Positions 1 to 9,501 are shown, counted from the first letter of the stretch. The stretch: DNA of 64,000 nt from Candidatus Latescibacterota bacterium (GCA_965208105.1 OZ242318.1:2048001-2112000), one strand, 5' to 3'. Program-made: numbers and translations. The notes: generated from the sequence alone by a model not told the origin.

Positions 1-1176
1 GCCGACCTTGCCCGCAACCCCAACCGCCTCGCCCGCACTGTTTCGCAGCAGCACGGTTCCCGCCTTGCCGGGTTCGAACGCCAAACCGACCTCCGCCCGT
101 GTCGAGAACCGCTTCCCTTTCGGCAGACTCGTCGCAGGATGCTTGTCGCCGGACACAAGGTCCTGCTCGACATCTTTGGTCCTCCCCGAGGTGTGGAATG
201 TCCGAAGCGAGACCTCCGGAAAGGGGTGGCTGTTTATGAGCCAGCTTCGCTTGCTCTTCTGTCGGGCGTCGCCGATCCACAGGCCGCCTCCCTTTTCGAC
301 GAAACCGCGCAGCTTGCCTAGAAAGGGGTGTCCAGGCGCCATCGCCCGCGAATGATTCAAAAAGAAGGCCACGTTCGCGGTTTCCAGGTAGCCCTCGATG
401 GTTTCGATCTTGCAAGTGCCGTACGCCGGCACCTCGTCGATATCGAACTGCTCTCCTTCGGATAGCACCTTGAGAACGGGATGGAACCCCGTAACCACCC
501 TCAGGCGAGCCGACTGGTCGGGCTTCCACTGAAGCTGCGAACACAGAACTCTCTGGAGGGCCGTCTTCTCCTGGTCGCTCAACCTGTGGACGGTATCTGC
601 TCCGTCCACCGAGTTCTGGCGCGCCAAGTAGTCGACCCTCGCGTTTGCGAACTCTGTGAAACGTTGCTTCTGTTTCGGCGCGATGTGCGGAGCGAAGCTG
701 ACGCCCCATTCCCCGTCCTTAAGTCCGATGACGTGGCTTGGGAACAAGAAGTGTTTCCCCCGGTAATTCCAACGGAAGACGCTCATGCCGGGCGTGTGGC
801 CCGGAAAGTAGAACGCTTCGAGGTCAGAACCAAGCTTCAGCCCCTCGTCGCCGAACTCCTTCGCGGGACACTTCGTCTTCGTGCGAATGCCGGGGCGCTC
901 GGCTTCGTGGTAGCAAAGCTCGCTGCCGAACCGGTCGTAGAGCTGCTGGTGCAGATCGCCGCGCTTGGCGTCGTGGAAGTGGGGGACAAGCTGTAGGCTG
1001 ATACCTCCGAGCTTGTCGATCTCGTCGTAGTAATCCACAACGGACGAACCATTCTTGCAGTGACACACCAGGATGTTCCCCTGTTTTCGGACGAGCAGGT
1101 ATGTGTGACTAATGCCCCTGTCCTTGCGCCTGTGGGGGAAGTCGAACCGGTAGATGTTGGACAAGACGCGTTCCAT
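1..1176 (-). CDS. Cassette gene: MBL-fold-like N-terminal domain fused to a class I GATase/ThuA-like domain (3' end outside window)
   Basis: Own translation (not in ORF track): GGAGG RBS, ATG at 1176, MERVLSNIYRFDFPH...SHTYLLVRKQGNIL...HFHD...FPGHTPG...LRGFVEKGGGLWIGD, open to position 1. Confidence 0.7.
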   Translation of the reverse strand, partial: MERVLSNIYRFDFPHRRKDRGISHTYLLVRKQGNILVCHCKNGSSVVDYYDEIDKLGGISLQLVPHFHDAKRGDLHQQLYDRFGSELCYHEAERPGIRTKTKCPAKEFGDEGLKLGSDLEAFYFPGHTPGMSVFRWNYRGKHFLFPSHVIGLKDGEWGVSFAPHIAPKQKQRFTEFANARVDYLARQNSVDGADTVHRLSDQEKTALQRVLCSQLQWKPDQSARLRVVTGFHPVLKVLSEGEQFDIDEVPAYGTCKIETIEGYLETANVAFFLNHSRAMAPGHPFLGKLRGFVEKGGGLWIGDARQKSKRSWLINSHPFPEVSLRTFHTSGRTKDVEQDLVSGDKHPATSLPKGKRFSTRAEVGLAFEPGKAGTVLLRNSAGEAVGVAGKVG

Positions 1177-1270
1177 GGGTCCTCCATTATAGGGCGAAAC
1201 CGCCGAGTGAAGGATGCGGCCCGAGGTGCCGGCAGCTCCGCAGCTGCGGCTTGGACGCTCTCCTGCTGGC

Positions 1271-1353
1271 GGCTAACGTTTTCGCCGTGCCCGAACCGCG
1301 AATGCGGTTGCGCGAAGGGCGCATGCCCGAAGCCGGACACGGACGTGTTAGCG
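1271..1353 (-). repeat. attC-like site 1 (family A, CCGTGCCC stem)
   Basis: Top strand CGCTAAC-acgt-CCGTGTCC...GGGCACGG-cgaaaac-GTTAGCC; near-identical to the sites at 2060, 2879, 7704 and 10176. Confidence 0.9.
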
Positions 1354-1487
1354 GCTGTGGGCAACCCGGCACATCGGGTTTCTGCACCAGATGGATAGTC
1401 CCAGAGAATCCACGATGAAAGACAACGGAACACTGCAATTGAGTGTTGCCGTTGCCACATGTGATCTTGTTCGATCCACTACTGTGG

Positions 1488-2021
1488 TTACTCGGGTATC
1501 TCGAACACTTTGGCCAAGAAGTCATCTTTGTACCCGTTATTAGCGTCAGCCGTAGGAATTCCCTTGTTTACTGCACTCATTTTCAACGCGGCGTATTCAT
1601 CAAATAAATCAGGATCACTTAGCATTCTGTCTCTGAAAATCATAGCATCTCGGTATCGCTCCGAGTCTCTCGAGGTAATGTGAGCATGTATATTGAATTG
1701 GTTGCCGTCTGTTACGATCCCGGCGAACATGACGGGGGAGCTGTCATTACCCGAAGGCTCTCGCCAATCAGCATCGTGAAAGCCAAGTGATTTCAAAGTA
1801 GAGATGACCGCTGGTATCCTGTGTTCGTCAATGAGGACGAAGATGTCAATGATCGGCTTGCTAACCATGCCGGCAATCGATGTGCTCCCGAAGTGTGCAA
1901 CTTTACATGAAGTGACTTCCGATTCAACCAATTTTTTTATTCTGGAGAATACTCTCCCATAGATTGGATTGTGTGGAAGCATTTTCACGGGTTCGTATCG
2001 GTACCTTACAAGTTGTGTCAC
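1488..2021 (-). CDS. Cassette gene: GrpB/UPF0157 family nucleotidyltransferase-like protein
   Basis: HFGSTSIAGMVSKPIIDI and FRDRM...EYAALK motifs typical of GrpB. Confidence 0.85.
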   Translation of the reverse strand: MTQLVRYRYEPVKMLPHNPIYGRVFSRIKKLVESEVTSCKVAHFGSTSIAGMVSKPIIDIFVLIDEHRIPAVISTLKSLGFHDADWREPSGNDSSPVMFAGIVTDGNQFNIHAHITSRDSERYRDAMIFRDRMLSDPDLFDEYAALKMSAVNKGIPTADANNGYKDDFLAKVFEIPE

Positions 2022-2059
2022 CTCTCACCCTTTCTAACGTCCATTTCTATGCCCATTCC

Positions 2060-2142
2060 CGCTAACGATATCGCCGTGCCCGAACCGCGAATGCGGTTGC
2101 GTAAAGGGCGTAACCCCGAAGCCGGGCACGGACGTGTTAGCC
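2060..2142 (-). repeat. attC-like site 2 (family A)
   Basis: cgctaac...gttagcc palindrome; the stop codon of the 2137-2829 gene lies in its R'' box. Confidence 0.92.
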
Positions 2143-2829
2143 GTTGGGCCCCGCTTTAGAGGACAACCATTGAGCCAGAATCTCGGCGACACTGCTCATT
2201 GCCATCTGAAGATTTGTCTTGAAATCATCAGGTGCGGATTCGTCGGCATCGTCCGTGACTCCTCTCATCTCAAGGTACGGGACTTCGCTGAACCTGCACG
2301 CGCGCGCCCCGCCGGCGCCCTCCCAGGCGACAACCAGAGCTTGAGTCCGCTCACGAACCTGCACTCTCCGACTGGGTTCGACGATGTCCTCATCACCGCT
2401 TGCGATTACACCGAAGTGGACTTCGTGGCCCTCCACAGCCGCCGGCATCCCACGCAAACTCTGGAGCGCTGTCGGATCACCCTCGAATGAGGGCACCGGA
2501 CTGTCGTTGAACCTGTTGATGTAATCGTGCTCAACCGTTCGGGTGCCGACCACCACATCCCCGACGCGCAGTCCATCCGCCAGCCCCCCAGCGGCACCTG
2601 TGCAAATCACGAGGTCCCAACCTGATCCCGCATCCAGAAGATGCTGCAGCTGAACTCCGAACTGAGCCTTGCCTGTGCCACCCACCGCAAGAGTGAGTCC
2701 GAGGTCGGGGAACTGGGTGACAGGCAGCCGCCCTATGGTCTTAGCTCGTTGATCATGCCCGGCCGCCACGAGATCGTCGCGAATGGCTTCCAGCTCTTCT
2801 AGCATTGGTGCTACAGCGGCCACTTGCAT
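2137..2829 (-). CDS. Cassette gene: MTA/SAH nucleosidase (PNP/UDP family 1)
   Basis: VAPMLEELE, GGTGKAQ, TGAAGGL, GDVVVG, ASGDED, WEGAG, RGVTDDAD motifs. Confidence 0.85.
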   Translation of the reverse strand: MQVAAVAPMLEELEAIRDDLVAAGHDQRAKTIGRLPVTQFPDLGLTLAVGGTGKAQFGVQLQHLLDAGSGWDLVICTGAAGGLADGLRVGDVVVGTRTVEHDYINRFNDSPVPSFEGDPTALQSLRGMPAAVEGHEVHFGVIASGDEDIVEPSRRVQVRERTQALVVAWEGAGGARACRFSEVPYLEMRGVTDDADESAPDDFKTNLQMAMSSVAEILAQWLSSKAGPNG

Positions 2830-2878
2830 CTAATTCACATCCCAAGTGTCCCTTTGTGCTTCCCTTAGGGGGCCTTTC

Positions 2879-2952
2879 GGCTAACGTCCCCGCCGTGCCC
2901 GAACCGCGAAGCGGTTGCGCGGAGGGCGTAGCCGGGCACGGTCGTGTTAGCT
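2879..2952 (-). repeat. attC-like site 3 (family A, shortened)
   Basis: ggctaac...gttagct; contains the stop codon of the 2947-3435 gene. Confidence 0.92.
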
Positions 2953-3435
2953 GCTGGCTCTGTTCTCTCTCAGCCAATTTCTCAAGAAATCTGCTCTATC
3001 TGACCTGCCAAGTGCTTCGTACGCCGAACACTCGTAAGCCAAGTTTAGCACAGGAACCTGAATGCCTTCCGTTTCGACTGACAGTCTGTGCTCTGCAGGA
3101 TCAATTGGGTCCTCCCATGATCCATCTGAAAGAAGTTTTTGCACATCTCCCATGATCTCTACTCGTACTCCTCCGATTTCAAGCACACCAAAGTGAGATC
3201 GGATATTGCCAGAAGTCGAAAAACCTACCTTCTCGGTGGAGTACTCGCACAAGAGGTCTTCGATTTTGTAGGCCCCCGCGCCATCTGTTTGGAGATCAAT
3301 ATCGTGGACATCCACCGGCACTCCTTGCAATCGAAAACCCAAACTGCCGGTGATTGCCCAATTCACGTCGGCCCCATCGAGGCGCTCAACGACCTTGGCT
3401 AATGCTTGTCCGATCGTAGTAGGAACTGTAACCAT
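2947..3435 (-). CDS. Cassette gene: nucleotidyltransferase (Pol-beta superfamily, lincosamide/aminoglycoside NTase-like)
   Basis: WAITGSLG...HDIDL (GS + DxD) signature. Confidence 0.75.
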   Translation of the reverse strand: MVTVPTTIGQALAKVVERLDGADVNWAITGSLGFRLQGVPVDVHDIDLQTDGAGAYKIEDLLCEYSTEKVGFSTSGNIRSHFGVLEIGGVRVEIMGDVQKLLSDGSWEDPIDPAEHRLSVETEGIQVPVLNLAYECSAYEALGRSDRADFLRNWLRENRASS

Positions 3436-3451
3436 GTGCTTCGGAGCTTGC

Positions 3452-3552
3452 AGCTAACGTATTGCCAGTTTGCGAACGCCGAGCTTGTCGAGGCGTTTCC
3501 CGAAGGGACAAGGCGCCAAAAGGCGCCGAAGCGCAACACCGTGCTGTTATGC
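3452..3552 (-). repeat. attC-like site 4 (family B, CGGTTTGCG stem)
   Basis: agctaac...gttatgc; similar to the sites at 4271, 6804, 9502 and 12505. Confidence 0.9.
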
Positions 3553-3568
3553 GAAGATCGCCCTGACC

Positions 3569-4219
3569 CTAGTTCCGAGAACGTTCCAAAGCCAATCTTG
3601 CTCCCAATCCAACAAATATCACCCCTGCAAGACGCTGAATGGCCATCATGGCCCGAGTCGATGGCCGGAGCGCCCTTGACATCCTTGCAGCAAAGGTCGC
3701 CACAACTAGGCACCAAACAGTACCAGTGAATACGAACGTGCTACCCAAGACAAAGAATGCGAATGGTCTATAAGAGCTACTAGCGTCGATAAACTGGGGC
3801 AGAAATGCCAGAAAGAACATTGCAACCTTCGGGTTTAGGAGATTCGTGACTATGCCTCGCCGATATGTTGTCGTGACCCCTCTGAGATGCATTCCTTCGT
3901 TCGAACAAATGTCTGTCGACTGTCGGCGAAGCAGCATATCAACTCCCAAGTATACGAGGTACGCAGCGCCGAGTAGCTTCACTGCTGCGAAGGCAGCTGG
4001 CGACGTGGTTATTATGGCCGAGAGTCCCAGTGTTGCTAGCGCAAGATGAATAACGCCACCCGTGCTGACGCCGAGTGCTGATGCAAGCCCTGATATCCGA
4101 CCCTCCGCGACGCTGCGCGTGACGATGTAGATGGTATCCTGACCTGGTGTGATATTCAGAATAATGCCCGCCGTTACGAACACCCAGAAATTTACAATGC
4201 CGAGTGATTGGATATCCAT
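3569..4219 (-). CDS. Cassette gene: LysE/RhtB family exporter
   Basis: ITPGQD, GAAYLVYLG and NLLNPKVAMFFLAFLPQF motifs. Start at MDIQSL (alternative start 4243). Confidence 0.92.
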   Translation of the reverse strand: MDIQSLGIVNFWVFVTAGIILNITPGQDTIYIVTRSVAEGRISGLASALGVSTGGVIHLALATLGLSAIITTSPAAFAAVKLLGAAYLVYLGVDMLLRRQSTDICSNEGMHLRGVTTTYRRGIVTNLLNPKVAMFFLAFLPQFIDASSSYRPFAFFVLGSTFVFTGTVWCLVVATFAARMSRALRPSTRAMMAIQRLAGVIFVGLGARLALERSRN

Positions 4220-4270
4220 GTCCACCTCACAAATATGTTCCAAAATTTGACGAATCTACGGAGCGAATTC

Positions 4271-4361
4271 ACATAACGTTATGCCGGTTTGCGAACCCAC
4301 GAAGTGAATTGCCAAAGGCTAAGGCGCGAACAGCGCCGAAGCGCAAACCGTGCTGTTACCC
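4271..4361 (-). repeat. attC-like site 5 (family B; degenerate R'')
   Basis: acataac...gttaccc. Confidence 0.85.
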
Positions 4362-4390
4362 GATGTGTCAAACCACCCGACGCGCCGGCG

Positions 4391-4771
4391 CTACTTCACT
4401 GGCTCTCGAGGAACGGCACGAATTGCATCATCTAGCTGGCGCGACAATGGCGAAAATTCGGCACCAGATTTCGGATCAATCACTGCAATCGTGTAGTCAA
4501 CTGTGGTATCAGCGTAAACCTGAACAACCTTGTAGTCGATGGACGGGTTCGGATCCACAACGCGGATTGAATACTTAGCGCCCAACTCAGGAACATGCAC
4601 ATGGCGCATTTGTTTCAAAGCGTGCTCGACCCTTCGAACCGAAGACGAGTCACCTTGAACGACCAGCGATAATGGCTCTTCAGCGGGCTCGTCGCAGCTA
4701 GTCACCAGGAGTGCCCCTACTGCTGAACAGATAATCCAGAGTCGTGGTCGCATCATGTTCTGATCTCGCAT
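4391..4771 (-). CDS. Cassette gene: hypothetical lipoprotein
   Basis: Signal peptide with lipobox-like LVTSC; ATG directly after GTTATAGGAA. Confidence 0.65.
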   Translation of the reverse strand: MRDQNMMRPRLWIICSAVGALLVTSCDEPAEEPLSLVVQGDSSSVRRVEHALKQMRHVHVPELGAKYSIRVVDPNPSIDYKVVQVYADTTVDYTIAVIDPKSGAEFSPLSRQLDDAIRAVPREPVK

Positions 4772-4774
4772 TTC

Positions 4775-4865
4775 CTATAACGGGTTGCCGATGTGCGAAC
4801 TCGCGGAGCGAGTTGGCGAAGCCCCAAGGCCCGAATGGGCCGCAGCGCACAACGCGCTGTTATAC
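4775..4865 (-). repeat. attC-like site 6 (family B variant)
   Basis: ctataac...gttatac with the 4/7 spacer geometry. Confidence 0.88.
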
Positions 4866-4906
4866 GGCGTGAATCTCTGCTTCAGATTGAGCGCTATTTT
4901 CCTTAC

Positions 4907-5242
4907 TCAAATAGAGCAGTGTTGAGCCACGGGCACGACATCCGCCTGGCTCCGATCGTCCGAACCGGCCAGTCGAATCATCGTCGACTCATGGAGGAAG
5001 TCGTCGATGTCAAACCGTCTTGTAGGCCCGGGCAAGCCAAAGGACTGCTGCTCGAGCCCCTTCGCGAGTGAGGACTTGCCAGCGCAGTTCATCCCAGGGA
5101 TGCCAACGAGGTAATGCCGGGCGACTCCCTCAGCTCCTTCCGCGATCCGCTGGGCCACATGGTTCAGCAGGCCCGACTGTCGGACGCGAACGGTCGTGGT
5201 GTCTTGATCCGTCATCTCGCTTCCGATCTCACGACTCGGCAT
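4907..5242 (-). pseudogene. Truncated P-loop (uridine kinase-like) gene
   Basis: LVGIPGMNCAGKSS Walker A and DIDDFLH, then a stop after only ~100 aa. Confidence 0.55.
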
Positions 5243-5269
5243 GGGCCGCCATGCCTGATGGTTGCAAAT

Positions 5270-5328
5270 GGATAACGTCGCGGATCAGGCGCGGCTACTC
5301 GCCGTCGCCTGCATCCGGCTGGTTCGGC
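5270..5328 (-). repeat. Canonical 59-bp attC with extrahelical G (foreign type)
   Basis: Top strand GCCGAAC-cagcc-GGATgCAGGCG...CGCCTGATCC-gcgac-GTTATCC: 5/5 spacers and one unpaired G in L''. Confidence 0.88.
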
Positions 5329-6707
5329 GACCCTTCGTTCACATTTCGGAACCTGAAACTGTAAAGATCGGTATCCTTCATCTCGAATCGCAGACGAATA
5401 GTCTGTCCAGCCAACCGCTTCACATCGCTGCCGCTCTTCCAGGCAACGACGCAATCGATTTCGTCGCCTTTTAGGAGGCGGCATGCAACCAGTCCAAAGC
5501 CGTCGAGCGGCGTGCCTCTTTCGTCCTGGACTTCCACTCGCAGACTGCCGCCTTCCCGTGTAACGAAGTTCAGGACAAGTTGCCCGCCATCGAACGTGAT
5601 GGGCTTGGTCACCAATTCGCCCCCTTGGGTCCCGGCCCGGACTGATGCAAATCCGTCAACCCGGTACGTGAACCGGCGCAGCCTGGACTGTCCGGCGTCC
5701 TCGTACCCTTCGGAAGCATAGACGGAGACCTCCTTGTCTCCGGTCCGCACTATCCCCCACTGCATGTAATTGCCGCGATTGCCCTGGCGATCTTTCGGAG
5801 CGGTACGCGGGATCACCGGTTCCTTGCCCCAGAAATAGAACCGACGCCCGTTGCGACTGGCCATCAAGTAGGGCTCCGTCGATTCATCTTTCATCAGCCG
5901 CGTCGGAAAGCCGATATAGATTTGCGGTGCCCGCTCGTACGGCAGCACGGCGTTCGTGTACAGTTGAAACCCATCGCCGTAGACATCGGTGTTGGCGTAC
6001 GACAAACGTTCTGACCGGTCGTATTGCCATCTCTCGAAATCGTCTGAGGTAACAGTACGAATCATGCGCTGCTGGCCGTCCCACTCACGAAAAAACATGA
6101 CGTATGTCTTACGCAATGCATCCCAGAAAACCAGGTTCTGGGAATCGAAGAAGTGGCGTTGCCCCACGTGGATCTTTCCATCCGGAACAAGAGTCGGGTC
6201 ACCCTTATTGACCGGATGCCAATGAATGGCGTCCGACGACACGTAACCGTAAAGGGCGGCACTCCCCCGCTCCGCGATTGCCTTGTACCGGGCATGGGAC
6301 GGGCAGTCTGGATTGGTGTCTTTGAAGGGCGTGAAAGCGCTCGTGCCCAGCCTGGGATCGGAACCCAGAATCAGGTTGTTGGTTTTCGAGCCGGCGAACT
6401 CCACTAGTCCAAGACTTGGCTTATGCCAATGGATACCATCAGTACTTTGCGCATAACCCACACGGGGATTCTTCCAGTCGTCCCGGCGGCGGCCGGAAGC
6501 GCGATAGTACATCCGGTACGTCTCTGCATCTTTGAATATGGTAGCAGACATCGATGTGCAACCCTCCCACTGCGCGTCATACACCGCCGCCACCTCCCGC
6601 GGCACGGGTCTATGCAAATGCAGACGGACATCGTCCCCAATCCTGTCGATCAGCGCGTCATCTACAAACAACTGCCTGCGGTCCGCGATACTCTTCGGTT
6701 GTGTCAT
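5295..6707 (-). CDS. Cassette gene: five-bladed beta-propeller glycoside hydrolase-like protein (GH32/GH43 clan)
   Basis: AGGAGG RBS then MTQPKSIADRRQLFVDD; YAQSTDGIHW, SSDAIHW and FDSQN repeats. The C-terminus reads into the attC. Confidence 0.75.
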   Translation of the reverse strand: MTQPKSIADRRQLFVDDALIDRIGDDVRLHLHRPVPREVAAVYDAQWEGCTSMSATIFKDAETYRMYYRASGRRRDDWKNPRVGYAQSTDGIHWHKPSLGLVEFAGSKTNNLILGSDPRLGTSAFTPFKDTNPDCPSHARYKAIAERGSAALYGYVSSDAIHWHPVNKGDPTLVPDGKIHVGQRHFFDSQNLVFWDALRKTYVMFFREWDGQQRMIRTVTSDDFERWQYDRSERLSYANTDVYGDGFQLYTNAVLPYERAPQIYIGFPTRLMKDESTEPYLMASRNGRRFYFWGKEPVIPRTAPKDRQGNRGNYMQWGIVRTGDKEVSVYASEGYEDAGQSRLRRFTYRVDGFASVRAGTQGGELVTKPITFDGGQLVLNFVTREGGSLRVEVQDERGTPLDGFGLVACRLLKGDEIDCVVAWKSGSDVKRLAGQTIRLRFEMKDTDLYSFRFRNVNEGSPNQPDAGDGE

Positions 6708-6803
6708 TTCTCCTCCTTGTGCCATGGCGGTCTGGCCGCCCAACAAGGCCAAAGCGACTTTCAAAATGCATTATAATAACACCAATTCGTTTTTTCTCAT
6801 GCC

Positions 6804-6900
6804 GTATAACGTTGTGCCGGTTTGCGAACGCCGAGCTTGTTGAGGCGTTGCCGAAGGCCAAGCCGCCGTAGGCGGCGAAGCGGAAACAGGTGTGTTAGAT
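6804..6900 (-). repeat. attC-like site 8 (family B)
   Basis: gtataac...gttagat. Confidence 0.9.
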
Positions 6901-6949
6901 GAAGTGGGATTCAAACCAATGCCAAATCTGCATAGAAAACATCTTGAGA

Positions 6950-7594
6950 TCAGTCGCCGGTGCCTTGTCCGGTCAGTTGCGTCGTTTGGTTCAACGGCTT
7001 TCTCGCCACGGCCTTGTTGATTGGGTGCGTGTGCCGAATACTACCCGGATGCTCATCCTCAATGGTGTAGCTCTCTTCTAATTCGATGTCCCAATCCTCA
7101 TAGAGTGAGAACAATTTGCCTTCTTGGAACAGTCCGAGGCAGTGCGCTTCCAGATCCGCTGGCGGAGGAATCCTGTCAGTGAAAACGACAACGACGTTCG
7201 TGCCGCCCGGAATTGTATGAGACTTGAATTCCGAGACTAACTTCATCCATTGTTTTCGAGCGATCAGATGCAGACACCCGTGCGAGACAATGAGGTCGAA
7301 CTTGCCAGAGAATGAATACTGACGCATATCAGCGACATCGGCGCGTATGCTGATTCCATCACGGTCCGCCAGCATTTGCAACTTCCGGATGCCTGACTCC
7401 GAAATATCGACTGCCGTAACATCAAACCCCTGCTTCGCAAGGAAGAGTGCATTCCGTCCTTCTCCGCAACCTAAGTCCAAAACTTTTGCTCCCTGCACCA
7501 TCTGATTTGCAAGTTCTAGGATCTCAGCACTCGGATCGCCAAATGTCTTAGCCTCAAGATCCGCGTACCCTTTGGTCCATGGAAAATCAATCAT
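6950..7594 (-). CDS. Cassette gene: class I SAM methyltransferase (TehB-like)
   Basis: VLDLGCGEGRNALFLAKQGFDVTAVDIS; C-terminal HPG..H.H. Start MIDFPW (ORF extends to 7705). Confidence 0.88.
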   Translation of the reverse strand: MIDFPWTKGYADLEAKTFGDPSAEILELANQMVQGAKVLDLGCGEGRNALFLAKQGFDVTAVDISESGIRKLQMLADRDGISIRADVADMRQYSFSGKFDLIVSHGCLHLIARKQWMKLVSEFKSHTIPGGTNVVVVFTDRIPPPADLEAHCLGLFQEGKLFSLYEDWDIELEESYTIEDEHPGSIRHTHPINKAVARKPLNQTTQLTGQGTGD

Positions 7595-7703
7595 CGAATT
7601 CACTGGCTGTCGAACTTGCGCTTGAGTGGCGACTATGAAAGTATATCTCCAGAAAAATATTGGGAGATACACTGCAAGGCCCCGACTATACTTTTCCCAT
7701 TTC

Positions 7704-7785
7704 ATCTAACGTTCTCGCCGTGCCCGAACCGCGAAGCGGTTGCGCGAAGGGCGAAAGCACGAAGCCGGGCACGGACGTGTTACCT
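7704..7785 (-). repeat. attC-like site 9 (family A)
   Basis: atctaac...gttacct. Confidence 0.92.
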
Positions 7786-7831
7786 GCCGTGGCCATCCTG
7801 CACGAATGAAAAATTCCTCGTAGCAGCCGAT

Positions 7832-8629
7832 TCACACCTCTGGCTTAAAGCCTACGGCGCGACACCACGCAAAGGCCGCATAGGCATCGGGAGATACCGA
7901 CCACTCCTCCCAGGCTTCGGTTATTGCTTTCAACTCGTCATCTGTAGCAAGTCCGTGTTCTTGCGCGTTCTGAACAAAGGCTCCGTCCTGGAAGTAGTGC
8001 ACTTGTCTGCTCCCAAACGTCTTCACTTTGTCCTCAGTTCCATAGCAGAGATATTTGGAAGTGGCAGTCACATCATTAAAACTCGCGCCATTCAATAGAC
8101 CGCGAAGTTCGCGGCCGCAATATGGACCGCCGGTGCCTTTCAGAGTCCAGAGCTGCTCTCGAATTGAATAGCTGCGTCGAAGTAAGGACGAACGTGGTCC
8201 GCTGACGATGAAACCACCGTATTCCACGTCTGCGATTCCTAATACCCCACCGGGTTTGAGGACGCGCTTCACCTCCAGGAGTGCGTCTTGTGGGCGATCC
8301 AGGGTCTCGGCCACCGAGTGGCAGAGGCAGGCATCGAAGCTATTGTCTGCGAAATCGAGTTTGTAAACATCACCGACGCAAAAATCAATGTTTCCAATCG
8401 CGTGGACGCGAGCATACGTTTCAGCATCTCCGAAACCATCATCGCTAAGATCAACACCGACTACGCTACGCACCTTCTCGGCCACACCCAAAGCAATGCT
8501 TCCGCCACCGCATCCTACGTCCAGGACTTTGAACTCTGGTGCCAAGTGTGGAAACAGGAACTCGGCATAATCGTCCGCGTTCCGGCCGGCCATGTAGTCT
8601 TCAAAGCTCATGCCAAAGGTGTCTTCCAA
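7832..8629 (-). CDS. Cassette gene: class I SAM-dependent methyltransferase (UbiE-like)
   Basis: VLDVGCGGG, LDFADNSFD and RVLKPGG motifs. Confidence 0.9.
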   Translation of the reverse strand: MEDTFGMSFEDYMAGRNADDYAEFLFPHLAPEFKVLDVGCGGGSIALGVAEKVRSVVGVDLSDDGFGDAETYARVHAIGNIDFCVGDVYKLDFADNSFDACLCHSVAETLDRPQDALLEVKRVLKPGGVLGIADVEYGGFIVSGPRSSLLRRSYSIREQLWTLKGTGGPYCGRELRGLLNGASFNDVTATSKYLCYGTEDKVKTFGSRQVHYFQDGAFVQNAQEHGLATDDELKAITEAWEEWSVSPDAYAAFAWCRAVGFKPEV

Positions 8630-8645
8630 TGCGGAAAGCCATGGC

Positions 8646-8803
8646 AGGTAACGTTCTTAAGTGGCCGAACTGGCAAAGCCACAACTCATCCTAACCGCTG
8701 TGCCGCTCGGGCAGCCACTACTCCTTCCCAACGTCCGCACGTTAGGGCCAGTTGGGACGGAGGCCGCCGCAGGGCGGCCGCAGCCGGCCACTGTGTGTTA
8801 TGC
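8646..8803 (-). repeat. attC-like site 10 (long, 158 bp, unique sequence)
   Basis: aggtaac...gttatgc; AGTGGCCG/CGGCCACT stem with the same 4/7 spacers. Confidence 0.8.
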
Positions 8804-8856
8804 GAAGGTGCCCCCCGAGGCTACCCGCACCGCGTTCCACTACCCTCACAATGCTG

Positions 8857-9450
8857 TCATGTCGAGGTCCTCAATAGATGACGAACGGGCTCGTCAGACC
8901 ACAGCTGCACCTCAATGAACCGCTCCACAGGTGTCCCCCAGTAGTTGTCGTATTCAACTCGAGGCATTCCGTACTCCCCGATCACGGCCTCAAGTTCATC
9001 GATGAGGTACACGCGATCGTGATACGGTCTCGCCTCCTGGCGCGGGATTCCGAAATCCGCCCCGAAACCCATGGCCTCGAAACTGTCAGAATAGGTGAAG
9101 CTAGTGACGGGTGACGGGAGGTCGTTCAGAGCGACCACGACTTCCTTGGTGTCGGGAGCGAGCTGCTTGAACCACTCGGATCTACCCAGGACAAAGTAGT
9201 GTGGAGCGCTCCGCTCGGGCCGTCCGCCCCGGGCGACGAAGAGGCCTCGGAGCCGTTCCTCCGTCAGCCGTCGCATTTCAATATACTTGCGGCCGAACGG
9301 CCGCTTGTGATCACGGACTCGTCGGAGTTCCTGAAGCCCCTGCCGCACACCCTCAAGGTCTGTCTCAGCGAGGTCTGACAGGTTCAGAAACGGATGTCTG
9401 TCGGACAGGTGATAGTGCGTTACGAATTCTGGAATCTTCAATCGCGCCAT
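8857..9450 (-). CDS. Cassette gene: hypothetical protein
   Basis: 197-aa ORF filling a cassette, GGAG RBS; no family recognised. Confidence 0.75.
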   Translation of the reverse strand: MARLKIPEFVTHYHLSDRHPFLNLSDLAETDLEGVRQGLQELRRVRDHKRPFGRKYIEMRRLTEERLRGLFVARGGRPERSAPHYFVLGRSEWFKQLAPDTKEVVVALNDLPSPVTSFTYSDSFEAMGFGADFGIPRQEARPYHDRVYLIDELEAVIGEYGMPRVEYDNYWGTPVERFIEVQLWSDEPVRHLLRTST

Positions 9451-9501
9451 CTCCGACTACCGCTAGGACCCCTCCCTTCCAAATACGTTCCTGGCACTTT
9501 T

